From contig JBDRBK010000055.1 in the NCBI GenBank assembly GCA_043822705.1, positions 1-64,000 of the forward strand: 64,000 nt of DNA, given 5' to 3'. The notes under the pieces are model-generated. The model was given only the letters and a program-made list of their open reading frames with translations. It was not told where the DNA came from and ran no database searches. Origin of the DNA: Fidelibacterota bacterium (lineage in GTDB: Bacteria; Fidelibacterota; Marinisomatia; Marinisomatales; TCS56). Below, in pieces: positions 38,734 to 48,637 of this stretch (the stretch's first letter is position 1; each line of letters begins with the position of its first letter). The position numbers and the translations under genes are program-made.

Positions 38734-39719
38734 TTGACGACCTCTTCACCGGCATACAAATTTTCAAATGCCACGGACTGGTCCGGGAAGGGAGCCGCCT
38801 CCGCCTGCTCGAAGGCCCGGTCGATTTCGACCCTGGCCTGTTCCCACCAGCGGGCAAAATCGCCTTCACCGGCATAATTGGACTGCCACAGCTCCCGTTT
38901 CATTTGCGCCAGCGGATCCCGTTCCCGCCAGACGGCAAACTCCTCTTCGGTGCGGTAACCCAGATCATTGTCGTAATTCGGCCCGCAATGCTCGCGCCAG
39001 CGGTAGGTGGCAAATTCCAGGAATTCCGGTCCCTGTCCCGACCGAATACGTTCCGTCGCCAGATTGACCTTCTGGAAAACTTCAACGACGTTATTTCCAT
39101 CACCGGCACCGGTTTTAATACCCAATCCGGCCAGTGATTCATGGATTTTCCGGCCGGCCGGTTGACGCACCGACAGTGGAGAATAGACAGAATACAGGTT
39201 GTTTTCACAGATGAACAGGACCGGCAGGTTTTTCAGAACGGCAAAATTAATCGATTCATATAGTACGCCCTCCTCCACCGCCGCATCGCCGAAAAAGACC
39301 GTACTGATCTGGTCGGTTTTTTGCAGACTGATCGACAGGCCCAGCCCCACCGCCAGCGGAATCGTATTGCCGACGATCGAGGTGCTGCCCATGAATCCCA
39401 CCGCTTTGTCGATCAGATGCATCGAGCCGCCCTTGCCGGAATTGCAGCCGCTGGCCTTGCCGTAAATCTCGGCGATCATCCGCTCCAGGTCACCGCCTTT
39501 AGCCAGGTAGTGAGCATGGGCCCGGTGAGTACTGAGGACAAAATCGGTATCCCGGAGATTCTCGCAAACGCCGGCGGCCACCCCTTCCTGGCCGATCGAA
39601 AGATGGGTCGGGCAACGCATCTTCCATTCGGAATAGCGTTCGGCGATGGCTTCTTCGGTCAGACGGATTTTGAGCATCCGTCGATAGAGTGAGTGCGCTG
39701 TTTTGCGGTCGATCTGCAT
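38730..39719 (-). CDS. 2-oxoacid dehydrogenase E1 alpha-like subunit
   Basis: HLSIGQE, STHRAH, GKGGSMH, FGDAAVEEG...ENN, TYRWREH. Confidence 0.9.
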   Translation of the reverse strand: MQIDRKTAHSLYRRMLKIRLTEEAIAERYSEWKMRCPTHLSIGQEGVAAGVCENLRDTDFVLSTHRAHAHYLAKGGDLERMIAEIYGKASGCNSGKGGSMHLIDKAVGFMGSTSIVGNTIPLAVGLGLSISLQKTDQISTVFFGDAAVEEGVLYESINFAVLKNLPVLFICENNLYSVYSPLSVRQPAGRKIHESLAGLGIKTGAGDGNNVVEVFQKVNLATERIRSGQGPEFLEFATYRWREHCGPNYDNDLGYRTEEEFAVWRERDPLAQMKRELWQSNYAGEGDFARWWEQARVEIDRAFEQAEAAPFPDQSVAFENLYAGEEVVK

Positions 39720-39740
39720 CCGTGCAATAACCGTCCCGGC

Positions 39741-40400
39741 TCAGGGAATGAACCAGTAATAATCGCCGGTATAACCGATCTCCTTAAAAAACTGCTGCCA
39801 CTCTTCCACATGCATGATCGTTTTGGCGGTCAGGTTCCAGGCCAGCATTAATTCTTTTTCTTCATCGTCGCGGTAGGCATCCATGGTGACAAAGCTCTGG
39901 CCGCGGCTGACGCGCTCGATCTCCTGCAGGGCGCGGCCGCATTCTTCCCGTGCCAGATTATGGACGGTGTTAATCGAAATCACCACGTCGAAAGAGTCGT
40001 CGTCGAAAGGCAGGGATTTGGCGTCCGCCACCTGCACATGGGGCCGCATGTCGTCCATGGCATTTTCGATGGCATACTCGGAGATATCGATGCCCTTCAC
40101 GGTAATGCCGGGGATCAGCTCCGCCATATCATGCAGCATAAAACCTTTGCCACAACCCACATCCAGCAGGCTGCTGTCACCCCTAAGACCGAAATGCTGT
40201 TGAAGCGTTGGCACTACCGGTTGCCAGAAACGGGAGAAATAATTGTAACCACCGTAACCGTGTTTGCGATCGCCGTCAAAAAATTCCCGGCCGAATTGAC
40301 GGGCGATGGCCCGGTCGGCTGCGGTCTTCTCGGCCCCGCGCTCCTTCACGTTGCGCTTGGTCTTGGGGTAGTTCACTAATAAATCAATTTCACGACCCAT
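39741..40400 (-). CDS. Class I SAM-dependent methyltransferase
   Basis: LDVGCGKG, GIDIS, LPFDDDSFD; FFDGDRKHGYGGY. Confidence 0.88.
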   Translation of the reverse strand: MGREIDLLVNYPKTKRNVKERGAEKTAADRAIARQFGREFFDGDRKHGYGGYNYFSRFWQPVVPTLQQHFGLRGDSSLLDVGCGKGFMLHDMAELIPGITVKGIDISEYAIENAMDDMRPHVQVADAKSLPFDDDSFDVVISINTVHNLAREECGRALQEIERVSRGQSFVTMDAYRDDEEKELMLAWNLTAKTIMHVEEWQQFFKEIGYTGDYYWFIP

Positions 40401-40423
40401 GGCGTCCTCCTTGACTGGGTTGG

Positions 40424-41359
40424 TTATACGATTTGTTTCATGATCCGCATATTGTAATAACGGTCATCGTCCTGCAGTTGACCGGACCGGAAGGCATCGA
40501 TCACTTCGGCGATGCCGGCGGCCACACCGTACTGCGGCCGGAAGCCGGTAGCGAGCAATTTGTCGGAGTTGAGCCGGTACGAGCGGGGATCGTTGGATTC
40601 GGTCACCACGATTTCCGCCGGCACCGATTGGGTGGCCAGTCGGGCGATATCCAGAATCGCCAAATTTTCGAAGCCGGCATTGAATACTCCAGTCACGCTG
40701 CCACCCAGTTCCAGAAAATGGCGGTAGACGTTGACCATGTCACGAATATGGATATTGGGCCGGACCTGGTTACCGCCGAACACGGTGATGCGCCCCTTGG
40801 ACAGGGCCTGCATGGTGAGCATATTAACGCTCAGGTCCAGCCGCATCCGGGGTGAATAACCGCAGATCGTGGCCGGCCGGACAATCTGCAGGGCGATCCG
40901 GTCGGCATAGCTCAGCAGCACCCGTTCGCTGATCATTTTGGTCTTGTTGTAATCGCTGATCGGCACCAGTGACAATTCTTCCGTCACCTGCGGTTCTTCC
41001 TTCACACCGTAAACGCTGCCGGAACTGGCATAGATGAACTGCCGCACGTCGCTGGCGATGGCCTTTTCCACTAACTGCATCGAAGCCAGTGCGTTCACTT
41101 CCCAGGTCAGTTTGGAATCCAGATCACCGGTGGGATCGTTGGCGATATTGGCCAGGTGAATGATCGCATCGACGCCGGACATAGGGACAGTGTCGGTATC
41201 GCGGATGTCGGCCCGGAATACCGTCAAATTGGTGTGTGGTTCCAGAAAATTCCCAAACCACTGGGTATCCACTACCGTAACCTGCTGCCCGTCGGACAGT
41301 AATTGCCGGGTCAGTTGAGTGCCCACGTAGCCGCAACCGCCGGTGACTAAAATATGCAT
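40424..41359 (-). CDS. NAD-dependent nucleotide-sugar epimerase/dehydratase/reductase
   Basis: TGGCGYVG, ASSGSVYG, YNKTK. Confidence 0.9.
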   Translation of the reverse strand: MHILVTGGCGYVGTQLTRQLLSDGQQVTVVDTQWFGNFLEPHTNLTVFRADIRDTDTVPMSGVDAIIHLANIANDPTGDLDSKLTWEVNALASMQLVEKAIASDVRQFIYASSGSVYGVKEEPQVTEELSLVPISDYNKTKMISERVLLSYADRIALQIVRPATICGYSPRMRLDLSVNMLTMQALSKGRITVFGGNQVRPNIHIRDMVNVYRHFLELGGSVTGVFNAGFENLAILDIARLATQSVPAEIVVTESNDPRSYRLNSDKLLATGFRPQYGVAAGIAEVIDAFRSGQLQDDDRYYNMRIMKQIV

Positions 41360-41367
41360 CGTTTGTC

Positions 41368-42357
41368 CTATGCCTTGTGTATGTAATCGAATGGTTGGTT
41401 CTGTAAAGTATCCAGGTTGTCGCTGACCCAGGCGATGGTTTCAGCGATCCCCCGCTCCAAAGAAATTGTATCCTGCCAGCCCAATTGCCGGCGGGCTTTG
41501 CTGCTGTCCAGCAGATAGGCCGAATCCTTGCCGGGCCGGTCTCCCACCACCTCCACATTGTCAGCGAATGATTTGCCCAGCCGCTCGGCGATCAGTTCCA
41601 CCAGCGCCCGGATGGAAATATTCTCAGTAGTGGAAAAGTGAAAGATTTCACCAGGAGCGGACTGACGGGCAACCCGCAGCGTGCCGTCGGCCACATCCCT
41701 GATATGAATAAACGATCGCAGCGAATGACCGCCACCGTGCAATTGCAATTTTTTACCCAGCAGGAAGTACAGGATCGTCCGCGGTATGATCCGGTACAGC
41801 TGCTGACCGGGACCATAAACATTGGCCGCCCGGGTGAACACCACCGGAAAGCCGTAGACTTCCTTGAAGGTCATCAGGCTCATATCGGCGGCCGCCCGGG
41901 AAACGGCGTAGGGCGTGCTGGGATTGTATCTGGTGCTTTCAGTCACCAGACCGCTGCAACTGCCGTAAACCTCGGGGGTGGAGATGTGGACATATTTTTT
42001 GAAGCCACCGATTTTCCGCAGTTCATCGTGGAGCTTGATCGTGGCTACCACATTGGTCTGATACCAGTGCTCGGGGTTGAGCCAGCTCTCACCCACCATG
42101 CCCTGAACGGCAAAATTGACGATATAGTCGGGACCAAATTCCCGGACCAGGTGCAGAATCTGCGGCAGGTCGCGGTTCAGATCCAGTTGCTGAAATTGGA
42201 AATTTTGTGAACCAATTGATTTGTAGGGGAGAAACACCGGATCCGATTCAGCCGAACGGCTGATGCCGGTAACCTCCAATCCCTGCTCAAGGCAATGCCG
42301 GACGAACCAGGCGCCGGAAAAGGAATTGGATCCGATTACTAAAATTCGTTCGTTCAT
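41368..42357 (-). CDS. NDP-hexose 4,6-dehydratase-like extended SDR
   Basis: GSNSFSG, STPEVYG, PSTPYAVSR, NVYGPGQ, DRPGKD. Confidence 0.82.
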   Translation of the reverse strand: MNERILVIGSNSFSGAWFVRHCLEQGLEVTGISRSAESDPVFLPYKSIGSQNFQFQQLDLNRDLPQILHLVREFGPDYIVNFAVQGMVGESWLNPEHWYQTNVVATIKLHDELRKIGGFKKYVHISTPEVYGSCSGLVTESTRYNPSTPYAVSRAAADMSLMTFKEVYGFPVVFTRAANVYGPGQQLYRIIPRTILYFLLGKKLQLHGGGHSLRSFIHIRDVADGTLRVARQSAPGEIFHFSTTENISIRALVELIAERLGKSFADNVEVVGDRPGKDSAYLLDSSKARRQLGWQDTISLERGIAETIAWVSDNLDTLQNQPFDYIHKA

Positions 42358-42932
42358 CGCTCGCTGGTCGAATATTCGGTTTTACCGATGATCATGTCCA
42401 CCACCGCCAGCAGCCAGACCTGATGCACGCCTTCCACGTGGTTGTAGGCCTTGCTGTCCACCCACAGGTTGATATCACCCAACTGCTGCAAGGGATTATC
42501 GGCCTCGAATCCCGACAGGGTGATCACTTTGGAAAAATTCTTTTTTCGGGCGGCATGGCAACCATTCAAAATATTTTTCGATCGGCCACTGGATGAAATG
42601 GCAATCAGCACATCGCCGGGATGGCCGTAATGTTCGACCGCCTTTTCCACCCATTTTTCATAACCGTAGTCATTGGAAAAACAGGTGATCAGGTCCGATT
42701 CATTGAAATTGATGCAGCGGACGCCGGCATTCTTGGTGATATCCACGGAAACGTGACTGGCGATGGCGGCGCTGCCACCGTTACCGACGATCATGGCGGT
42801 GTGGCCCCAGTCCCGGGAATCTTCCAGCACCTTTTTAATGTCCACCAGCTGTGCCAGTAATTCGGGGGTCGGCACCAGCAGGGCCTGCAGATCGGTGAGA
42901 TAGGTGGATAAGAATTGTTTGGGTTCGGTCAT
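42354..42932 (-). CDS. gmhA: SIS-domain phosphosugar isomerase (GmhA-like)
   Basis: GNGGSAAIASH, NDYGY, ISSSGRSKNI, VE..H. Confidence 0.8.
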   Translation of the reverse strand: MTEPKQFLSTYLTDLQALLVPTPELLAQLVDIKKVLEDSRDWGHTAMIVGNGGSAAIASHVSVDITKNAGVRCINFNESDLITCFSNDYGYEKWVEKAVEHYGHPGDVLIAISSSGRSKNILNGCHAARKKNFSKVITLSGFEADNPLQQLGDINLWVDSKAYNHVEGVHQVWLLAVVDMIIGKTEYSTSER

Positions 42933-44452
42933 TATTTCAGGCAGGTGGTCAGTGTTTTTAGCATCTGGGTTTTACTCAAAGCGGTCTTGTTGCCGATCGT
43001 CGCAACGGCATGAGCGCCGGCCAGGTTGCCCAGCAGCAGGGTCAGGTCCATCGGCATGTTGACCGCACAGCATAGCGCAGCCATCGACAACAGGGTGTCG
43101 CCGGCACCGATCCGGTCTACGACTTTGTTGGCGAAAGCCGGACACTCGATGAAGCCATCGCCGTTGGCGAATGACAGGGAGCCGTGGCTGCCGCGGGTGA
43201 TGATCACATTTTTGCAGTTCAGCTCGGACTGCAGCGTCTGGGCCAGTTCGCGGATATCACGGGTGCGGCTGCGGTACTCCTGGCGCAGTTCACCTTCATG
43301 GATGGAAACAAAATCAGAGCGGCGGTACCGCGGAATGGTATAATAACCCACGTTAGCGGCATTGGATTGGGTATTCACCGCCAGGAATTTGGCCTTTTCA
43401 GTCAGCAGGTCCACCACTTTGGGGGTAACCAATCCATGGCCGTAATCGGTAACGATCACCACATCGTAATGCGGCAATGCTTTTTCCAGCCGGCGACAGA
43501 ATTCCGCCTCTTCCCGTTCGCTGATTAATTCATCGTTAATTTCATAGACGCCGAACTGCTTGGTGTTGGAATAGGCATCGACGTAGCGGCGCTTGACGAT
43601 AGTGGGCGAACCGGACTTACGAATGCAATCCAGGCCCACATTATCTTTGATATGATTTTTAATGAAATTGGAATAAGAGCCGTTCTCGCCGAGGTAGCTG
43701 AATAATTTGGCTTTTTTGGTAAAGCCGGAAACATGATTGGCCACCGCCAGGACGCCGCCGGCATACATTTCCTGGGATATTTTCTGGGTGGCGATGATCG
43801 GCTCTTTGCCCGATTTGCCGAGAGCAGTGCAATAGACATATTCATCCAGAATAATTTCACCCACCAGCAGAACTTTCAGATTAGTCATTTGCTCGAAATA
43901 ACTGAAAATTTCCGCTCCCGTATATTTAGCTTTGATCCGTCCAAGGTAAACCTGCTGTTCGGGATTAAAAACCGGCAGGTACTGGTTGATTAATTCGGAG
44001 GAACTGGAAGTAGGTGTATCGGTGAATTCAATATCGCCGCCAACGGACCGGACTGCATCCGCTTCCAGGTTGATATTGCCGGTGAGATCGTTCTTGGCCT
44101 GTTTATAATCGGGACCTTTAACATAAATATCCGGTTTGAGCTGTTTGATCGTTTCGATCGCCGTGGGCCAGTTGTTGAGGCCCACAAAGTCAACGATGTC
44201 CAGGGCCATCAGCGACTCACCCCGGAGCACTTCCGGGAAGGCCGGCCGGCTTGGTCCCTTGTTGACGAAGCGGTCCGGTGTCAACGTCACGATCAGCACG
44301 TCCCCCAACTGCTTGGCAGCCTGGAGATATTTGATATGGCCGATGTGCAGCAGATCGAAAACACCGTGGCAATGGACCACTTTTTTACCGGTTTCCTTAA
44401 TACTGCGGACAATCGGCGCCAGCTCATCGATGCTGTACAATTTGTTATTCAT
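42932..44452 (-). CDS. Bifunctional nucleotidyltransferase + PfkB sugar kinase (HldE-like, reversed domain order)
   Basis: N-terminal HGVFDLLHIGH, NKGPSRP, YVKGPDY; C-terminal TDYGHG, DRIGAGD. Confidence 0.88.
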   Translation of the reverse strand: MNNKLYSIDELAPIVRSIKETGKKVVHCHGVFDLLHIGHIKYLQAAKQLGDVLIVTLTPDRFVNKGPSRPAFPEVLRGESLMALDIVDFVGLNNWPTAIETIKQLKPDIYVKGPDYKQAKNDLTGNINLEADAVRSVGGDIEFTDTPTSSSSELINQYLPVFNPEQQVYLGRIKAKYTGAEIFSYFEQMTNLKVLLVGEIILDEYVYCTALGKSGKEPIIATQKISQEMYAGGVLAVANHVSGFTKKAKLFSYLGENGSYSNFIKNHIKDNVGLDCIRKSGSPTIVKRRYVDAYSNTKQFGVYEINDELISEREEAEFCRRLEKALPHYDVVIVTDYGHGLVTPKVVDLLTEKAKFLAVNTQSNAANVGYYTIPRYRRSDFVSIHEGELRQEYRSRTRDIRELAQTLQSELNCKNVIITRGSHGSLSFANGDGFIECPAFANKVVDRIGAGDTLLSMAALCCAVNMPMDLTLLLGNLAGAHAVATIGNKTALSKTQMLKTLTTCLK

Positions 44453-44732
44453 AAACGCACTCGGAATTAGTACCTGAAATCATCACTGGATTAAGTACAA
44501 ATACTATTCCACCATCCGGAAATGAATAAGGAACTGATTTTTTACTGGGAAAATAACCTGAAACAGGATATCTGATCAGCCATAGGTTTAGTAACAGGAA
44601 TCCTATGCCGGTACATTATAATCAATAAGGGGAAATTATTTCCCGGTCAACGGAAAGTTTCAGGTGGGAAGGATTGTGGAATTATTATTGCGGTGGGCTG
44701 AATTGAGACAGAATAATGAATCAACAATCAAT

Positions 44733-46058
44733 ATGATAATAACAAAATTTATAAAATCTTTTTGTAGTATGATTCCAAAACAGGTACAACGTGTAACGAG
44801 CCGATCAAATACTGTTCACGACCACAACCAACTTTTGGCCATTGCCAGAAAACATTATCATCTGGCTAATAATCTGGCAACGCAATTAAATAATCCGCAA
44901 ACCGAACGCTGGGATAATTACATCAACAAAATACAGCAGGCAATCAGCCAATTCAGCTCAACTCAGGAAGCAATTGAATTTGGCCAACGCTCCTGCGGAT
45001 TTGACCACCGTGATAATGCCAGCAATCAACAACATTTATTTGACCTCCATGAATCCACGATTATCAGCGAGTTTCCGGAATTCGCTGACTGTATCCCTGC
45101 AATTGGCGAATCAGATTTTTCCCACGCTGAAACAGTAATGGAGAAAAATGGCCATCAAGTCAGCAATGTTTTCTATGGACATCTGCATACAATGTTAAAA
45201 TGTCTACAAACCACCGGGAAACCGGAAGTGGTGGCAGAGATCGGCGGTGGTTATGGATCACTGACCAGGCTCTGGTTTACTAATCCGATTCATGCACCAA
45301 AATCGGTAGTGTTAATTGACTTTCCCGAAAGCCTGTTCTTTGCCGAATTATTCCTGCGACAAAATCTGCCGAAACATAACTTTATATATTTATACGACCC
45401 GGATCAGAAACTTGATCTGAAGGTTTCAATAAATTCAATTGTTTTCTGTCCAATTGAAAATGTACCAGCATTGGCCGAGCTCGAGTTTGACCTGATAATC
45501 AATACCGGTTCCATGCAGGAATTTTCCGAGGAATGGGTTGACTACTGGATGAATTGGTTGAATCAAACCCAGGTAAAATATTTTTATTCCATGAATTATT
45601 TCGCTCAGCCACTGAATTTTATGGCGGAAGGCGCCAATTGCTGGAGTCCCCGGTTATCGGAGCAGTGGACCATCATCTATCAACGAGCCAATCCAACTTT
45701 AATCCGCCAGCAGTCTGATCGCCATTTCGCCGAAATTGTGGCCCGAAAATCACCAGCTGATTTAACCGGATGGCAGCGACAATGGAAAATACTTAAATCA
45801 CGGATTATCGATGACCAGATTCTGCTGGAATACATGGATATGATCCGAATGAATCCGGATGAAACGCTGATCTGGGATCTAATAACCCGGACCGACCGGG
45901 AATTGTATTCACCACCGAAAGAGAGTCTCTGGCTGGTAGATTATCTGCGTGCACAAGGCAGTTCGGAATTCCTGAAATTACACGGTGTCAAGCTGGAGCA
46001 AATCGCAGGGCGGTTGCAGCAAATTCGCGCCGGGGGACGGGAAAGCATTTGGCAATAA
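44733..46058 (+). CDS. Putative sugar O-methyltransferase
   Basis: AEIGGGYG, LIDFPESL, DLIINTGSMQE; start uncertain (44664, 44733 or 44769). Confidence 0.75.
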   Translation: MIITKFIKSFCSMIPKQVQRVTSRSNTVHDHNQLLAIARKHYHLANNLATQLNNPQTERWDNYINKIQQAISQFSSTQEAIEFGQRSCGFDHRDNASNQQHLFDLHESTIISEFPEFADCIPAIGESDFSHAETVMEKNGHQVSNVFYGHLHTMLKCLQTTGKPEVVAEIGGGYGSLTRLWFTNPIHAPKSVVLIDFPESLFFAELFLRQNLPKHNFIYLYDPDQKLDLKVSINSIVFCPIENVPALAELEFDLIINTGSMQEFSEEWVDYWMNWLNQTQVKYFYSMNYFAQPLNFMAEGANCWSPRLSEQWTIIYQRANPTLIRQQSDRHFAEIVARKSPADLTGWQRQWKILKSRIIDDQILLEYMDMIRMNPDETLIWDLITRTDRELYSPPKESLWLVDYLRAQGSSEFLKLHGVKLEQIAGRLQQIRAGGRESIWQ

Positions 46059-46159
46059 ATTTTTGTTTAGGAGTTGCCATAAATCCACTTTCAAACAGCA
46101 AACATTTTTTAAAATCGTGGCGCCGGTTGCGCGCCATTGCAAATACGTTGGAGTAATTA

Positions 46160-47083
46160 ATGGGCATAGCAATACCCGCCGCCAGGCTACTAATGGATGA
46201 GCACTTTCGCCGTCCTTTTTCCGGGTCGGTGCTGGAACTGGGTAAACAGCATATCTGGTTTTCGTTGGAAGAACTACGTCGCTGGGCACCCAAGCATAAT
46301 GTCAACCTGATTGAACCGGACGCGGTAGCACTCTCGGATATAGATTTCCTGCGAAAAAAAGGCTGTATTGATGACGTGAGTTTTTTTAAAGCAATGGGAT
46401 TTCAAGCGGTTGAAAGTTGTGACGTCTCAGACTATGAAGGCGCCGATCATGTGCTGGATTTAAATCTACCCGTACCGGAAAAATTTCACAATTCATACGA
46501 TGTAATTGTCGACGGCGGCACCCTGGAACATATTTTCAATCTGCCTCAAGTGCTTAAAAATATTTTTAGCATGTTAAAGCCCGGAGGTCGAATAATTCAT
46601 CTTACACCTTCTTCAAATTTTGTTGATCACGGGTTTTACATGTTTTCACCAACGCTGTTTTTTGATTATTACACTGTTAATCGATGGAATATCGTTACGA
46701 ATTATTTGATAAATAATACGGTGGATCACGAAAAGGATCCCTGGAAAATTTATGCCTATACACCCGGCTGTATCGATCATCTCTCCTACGGTGGATTTGA
46801 TAAAGGCAATCTCACCGGATTATTTATTGTTGCGGAAAAATCTTCCAATTCTACTGCCGATAAAATTCCGCAACAATTTGATGGTAGAAAATCCGAGTAT
46901 AGTGTTGCAGCAGATACCGACTTTCCAGAAGGTGATCCGACATTACTATCTAAAATTGAAAAATTCTTACGAGTTTTCCCGCGCTTCCATGGCTTTGTGG
47001 AACATAATTACAATCGAATCTTGCGAACATTTAACAGTCTGTTTCGCAAAAACAGGATGCCTTCTCTGATAAAAAAATATTGA
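46160..47083 (+). CDS. Class I SAM-dependent methyltransferase
   Basis: VLELGKQ, DVSDYEGAD, YDVIVDGGTLEHIFN, DHGFYMFSP. Confidence 0.8.
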   Translation: MGIAIPAARLLMDEHFRRPFSGSVLELGKQHIWFSLEELRRWAPKHNVNLIEPDAVALSDIDFLRKKGCIDDVSFFKAMGFQAVESCDVSDYEGADHVLDLNLPVPEKFHNSYDVIVDGGTLEHIFNLPQVLKNIFSMLKPGGRIIHLTPSSNFVDHGFYMFSPTLFFDYYTVNRWNIVTNYLINNTVDHEKDPWKIYAYTPGCIDHLSYGGFDKGNLTGLFIVAEKSSNSTADKIPQQFDGRKSEYSVAADTDFPEGDPTLLSKIEKFLRVFPRFHGFVEHNYNRILRTFNSLFRKNRMPSLIKKY

Positions 47084-47125
47084 AGTGGCGATTGCCACAC
47101 CCCGTTCGGTTTTATCCGGCCCGGA

Positions 47126-47800
47126 TTATTTCCGCGGTCCAACAGCAATAGACCAGATATAATGGCTCATCGGCCCGTAACCGGTGTGCAGCACTTCATC
47201 ATTCATGCCGAACATGAATACATTATTGAACCAGGTTTCCATCAACTCTTTCAGTGAGTCCATACTTTTCAGATTGATATGCTGGACTGCACTGCAGGGA
47301 CTGGCATATTGAGAGGCAGTGATATTAGGAGTTCCAGTGATCAAAACACCATCGGCTGGCAAATTGGCCACCGTTTTTTCCATTACAACCTTTTCGTGGT
47401 TGGGGTCGATATGCTCAAGAAAATCGATGGAGAATATGGCATCCACAGGAATATCCAACTTGTCTTTGGTGACATCGGCGCAGACCGTACTCAAATTAAG
47501 GAAATATTTTCCCAAACGCCGCTGAATACTGTCCAGTGGCCGTTGCTCCCAATCGACACAATACAGTTTTTCGGCAACCTGAGCAATCAATGGAATCCCG
47601 ATCCCGTCGCCACAACCCAGCTCTAAAACCCGTTTTTTCCCGGCCAGCATTTTAGCTACAAATTTATAGCGCGAAAGAACAAAGGCCAGATGCTTGGGAT
47701 CGTGAGTCAGGCTATAGGAGCTGGGCGCACCCAATAAAATTTCATCGTGCTCAAATTGAAAATCGGCACCTTCACGATAAAGTTTTTTAACATCAACCAT
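47126..47800 (-). CDS. Class I SAM-dependent methyltransferase
   Basis: SRYKFV, VLELGCGDG, DFLEHI, GTPN; ATG 47800 overlaps the upstream gene end. Confidence 0.85.
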   Translation of the reverse strand: MVDVKKLYREGADFQFEHDEILLGAPSSYSLTHDPKHLAFVLSRYKFVAKMLAGKKRVLELGCGDGIGIPLIAQVAEKLYCVDWEQRPLDSIQRRLGKYFLNLSTVCADVTKDKLDIPVDAIFSIDFLEHIDPNHEKVVMEKTVANLPADGVLITGTPNITASQYASPCSAVQHINLKSMDSLKELMETWFNNVFMFGMNDEVLHTGYGPMSHYIWSIAVGPRK

Positions 47801-48626
47801 TGTCTCTGTCCTTCCAGTTATTTCGATTCCGGCGCAGTTTGTACATATCCGGATCATTCAATAATTCTTCTTTTAATTCGGCCGTTCCCCAATGATCGTG
47901 TACCACAGAGAAATTCCGGCCGCCGGCCACCGCCCGTCCCTGATCACAGAGCCAGCGCAGGCAGGAATAAATATCATCCATACTGGTACCAGATTCATTT
48001 TCCAGAAAATGTTTGGTCTCGGCAAATTTTTCAGCCGAAACATCTTTATGTTGCAAAATCACATTGTGGGCTTTGGTTTTAGTCCAGCCGGGACCCAAAA
48101 TAAAGGCATTTATAAACTGGTATTCAAGATTAAGAAGTTCACAGAATTTCAGCAGCATCAGCTTAGCTACCGTAAGAGCCGAAAAATTAGAGACGGCACC
48201 ATTGATCCCTGGGCCCCCCCAGAAAACAATATCACTCTTGATGGCGTTATTCCGGTAGGGGAATAATCCATGGAGAAATCGCAATTGTTCTACCGCATTG
48301 ACATGTATCGATTCTTTAAACTCATCAAAATCGCATTCGAAAAATTTGGTCAACGGTGTGGGGATCGAGGCACAAGAAATATATGTATCCCAGCGCAGTC
48401 CGGTGTCAGCAAATTCGGCTAGCGACTGTCGTTGCGATTCACGATCCAACAGGTCACAGTAAAACAGTTGGGAAGCGGGAATTGGTTGCAGTTGGTGCAG
48501 TAAAGCACGGCTGCGATATGTCCCGGCAACAGTAAATCCGTCACGCTGATAGCGCTGCGCCATGGCAATGCCGATATCACTGGAAATGGAGTGGATAAAT
48601 ACCACCGGTTTTTGATTATCGGTCAT
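47793..48626 (-). CDS. Atypical SDR oxidoreductase
   Basis: HSISSDIG, GPGWTKT, GRNFSVVHD; YxxxK position reads LTVAK. Confidence 0.75.
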   Translation of the reverse strand: MTDNQKPVVFIHSISSDIGIAMAQRYQRDGFTVAGTYRSRALLHQLQPIPASQLFYCDLLDRESQRQSLAEFADTGLRWDTYISCASIPTPLTKFFECDFDEFKESIHVNAVEQLRFLHGLFPYRNNAIKSDIVFWGGPGINGAVSNFSALTVAKLMLLKFCELLNLEYQFINAFILGPGWTKTKAHNVILQHKDVSAEKFAETKHFLENESGTSMDDIYSCLRWLCDQGRAVAGGRNFSVVHDHWGTAELKEELLNDPDMYKLRRNRNNWKDRDNG

Positions 48627-48637
48627 TGGCTTTCCAT

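Noticed and set aside
37675..39719. Housekeeping pyruvate dehydrogenase
   Set aside because: No E2 or E3 genes, and the pair is embedded among NDP-sugar genes
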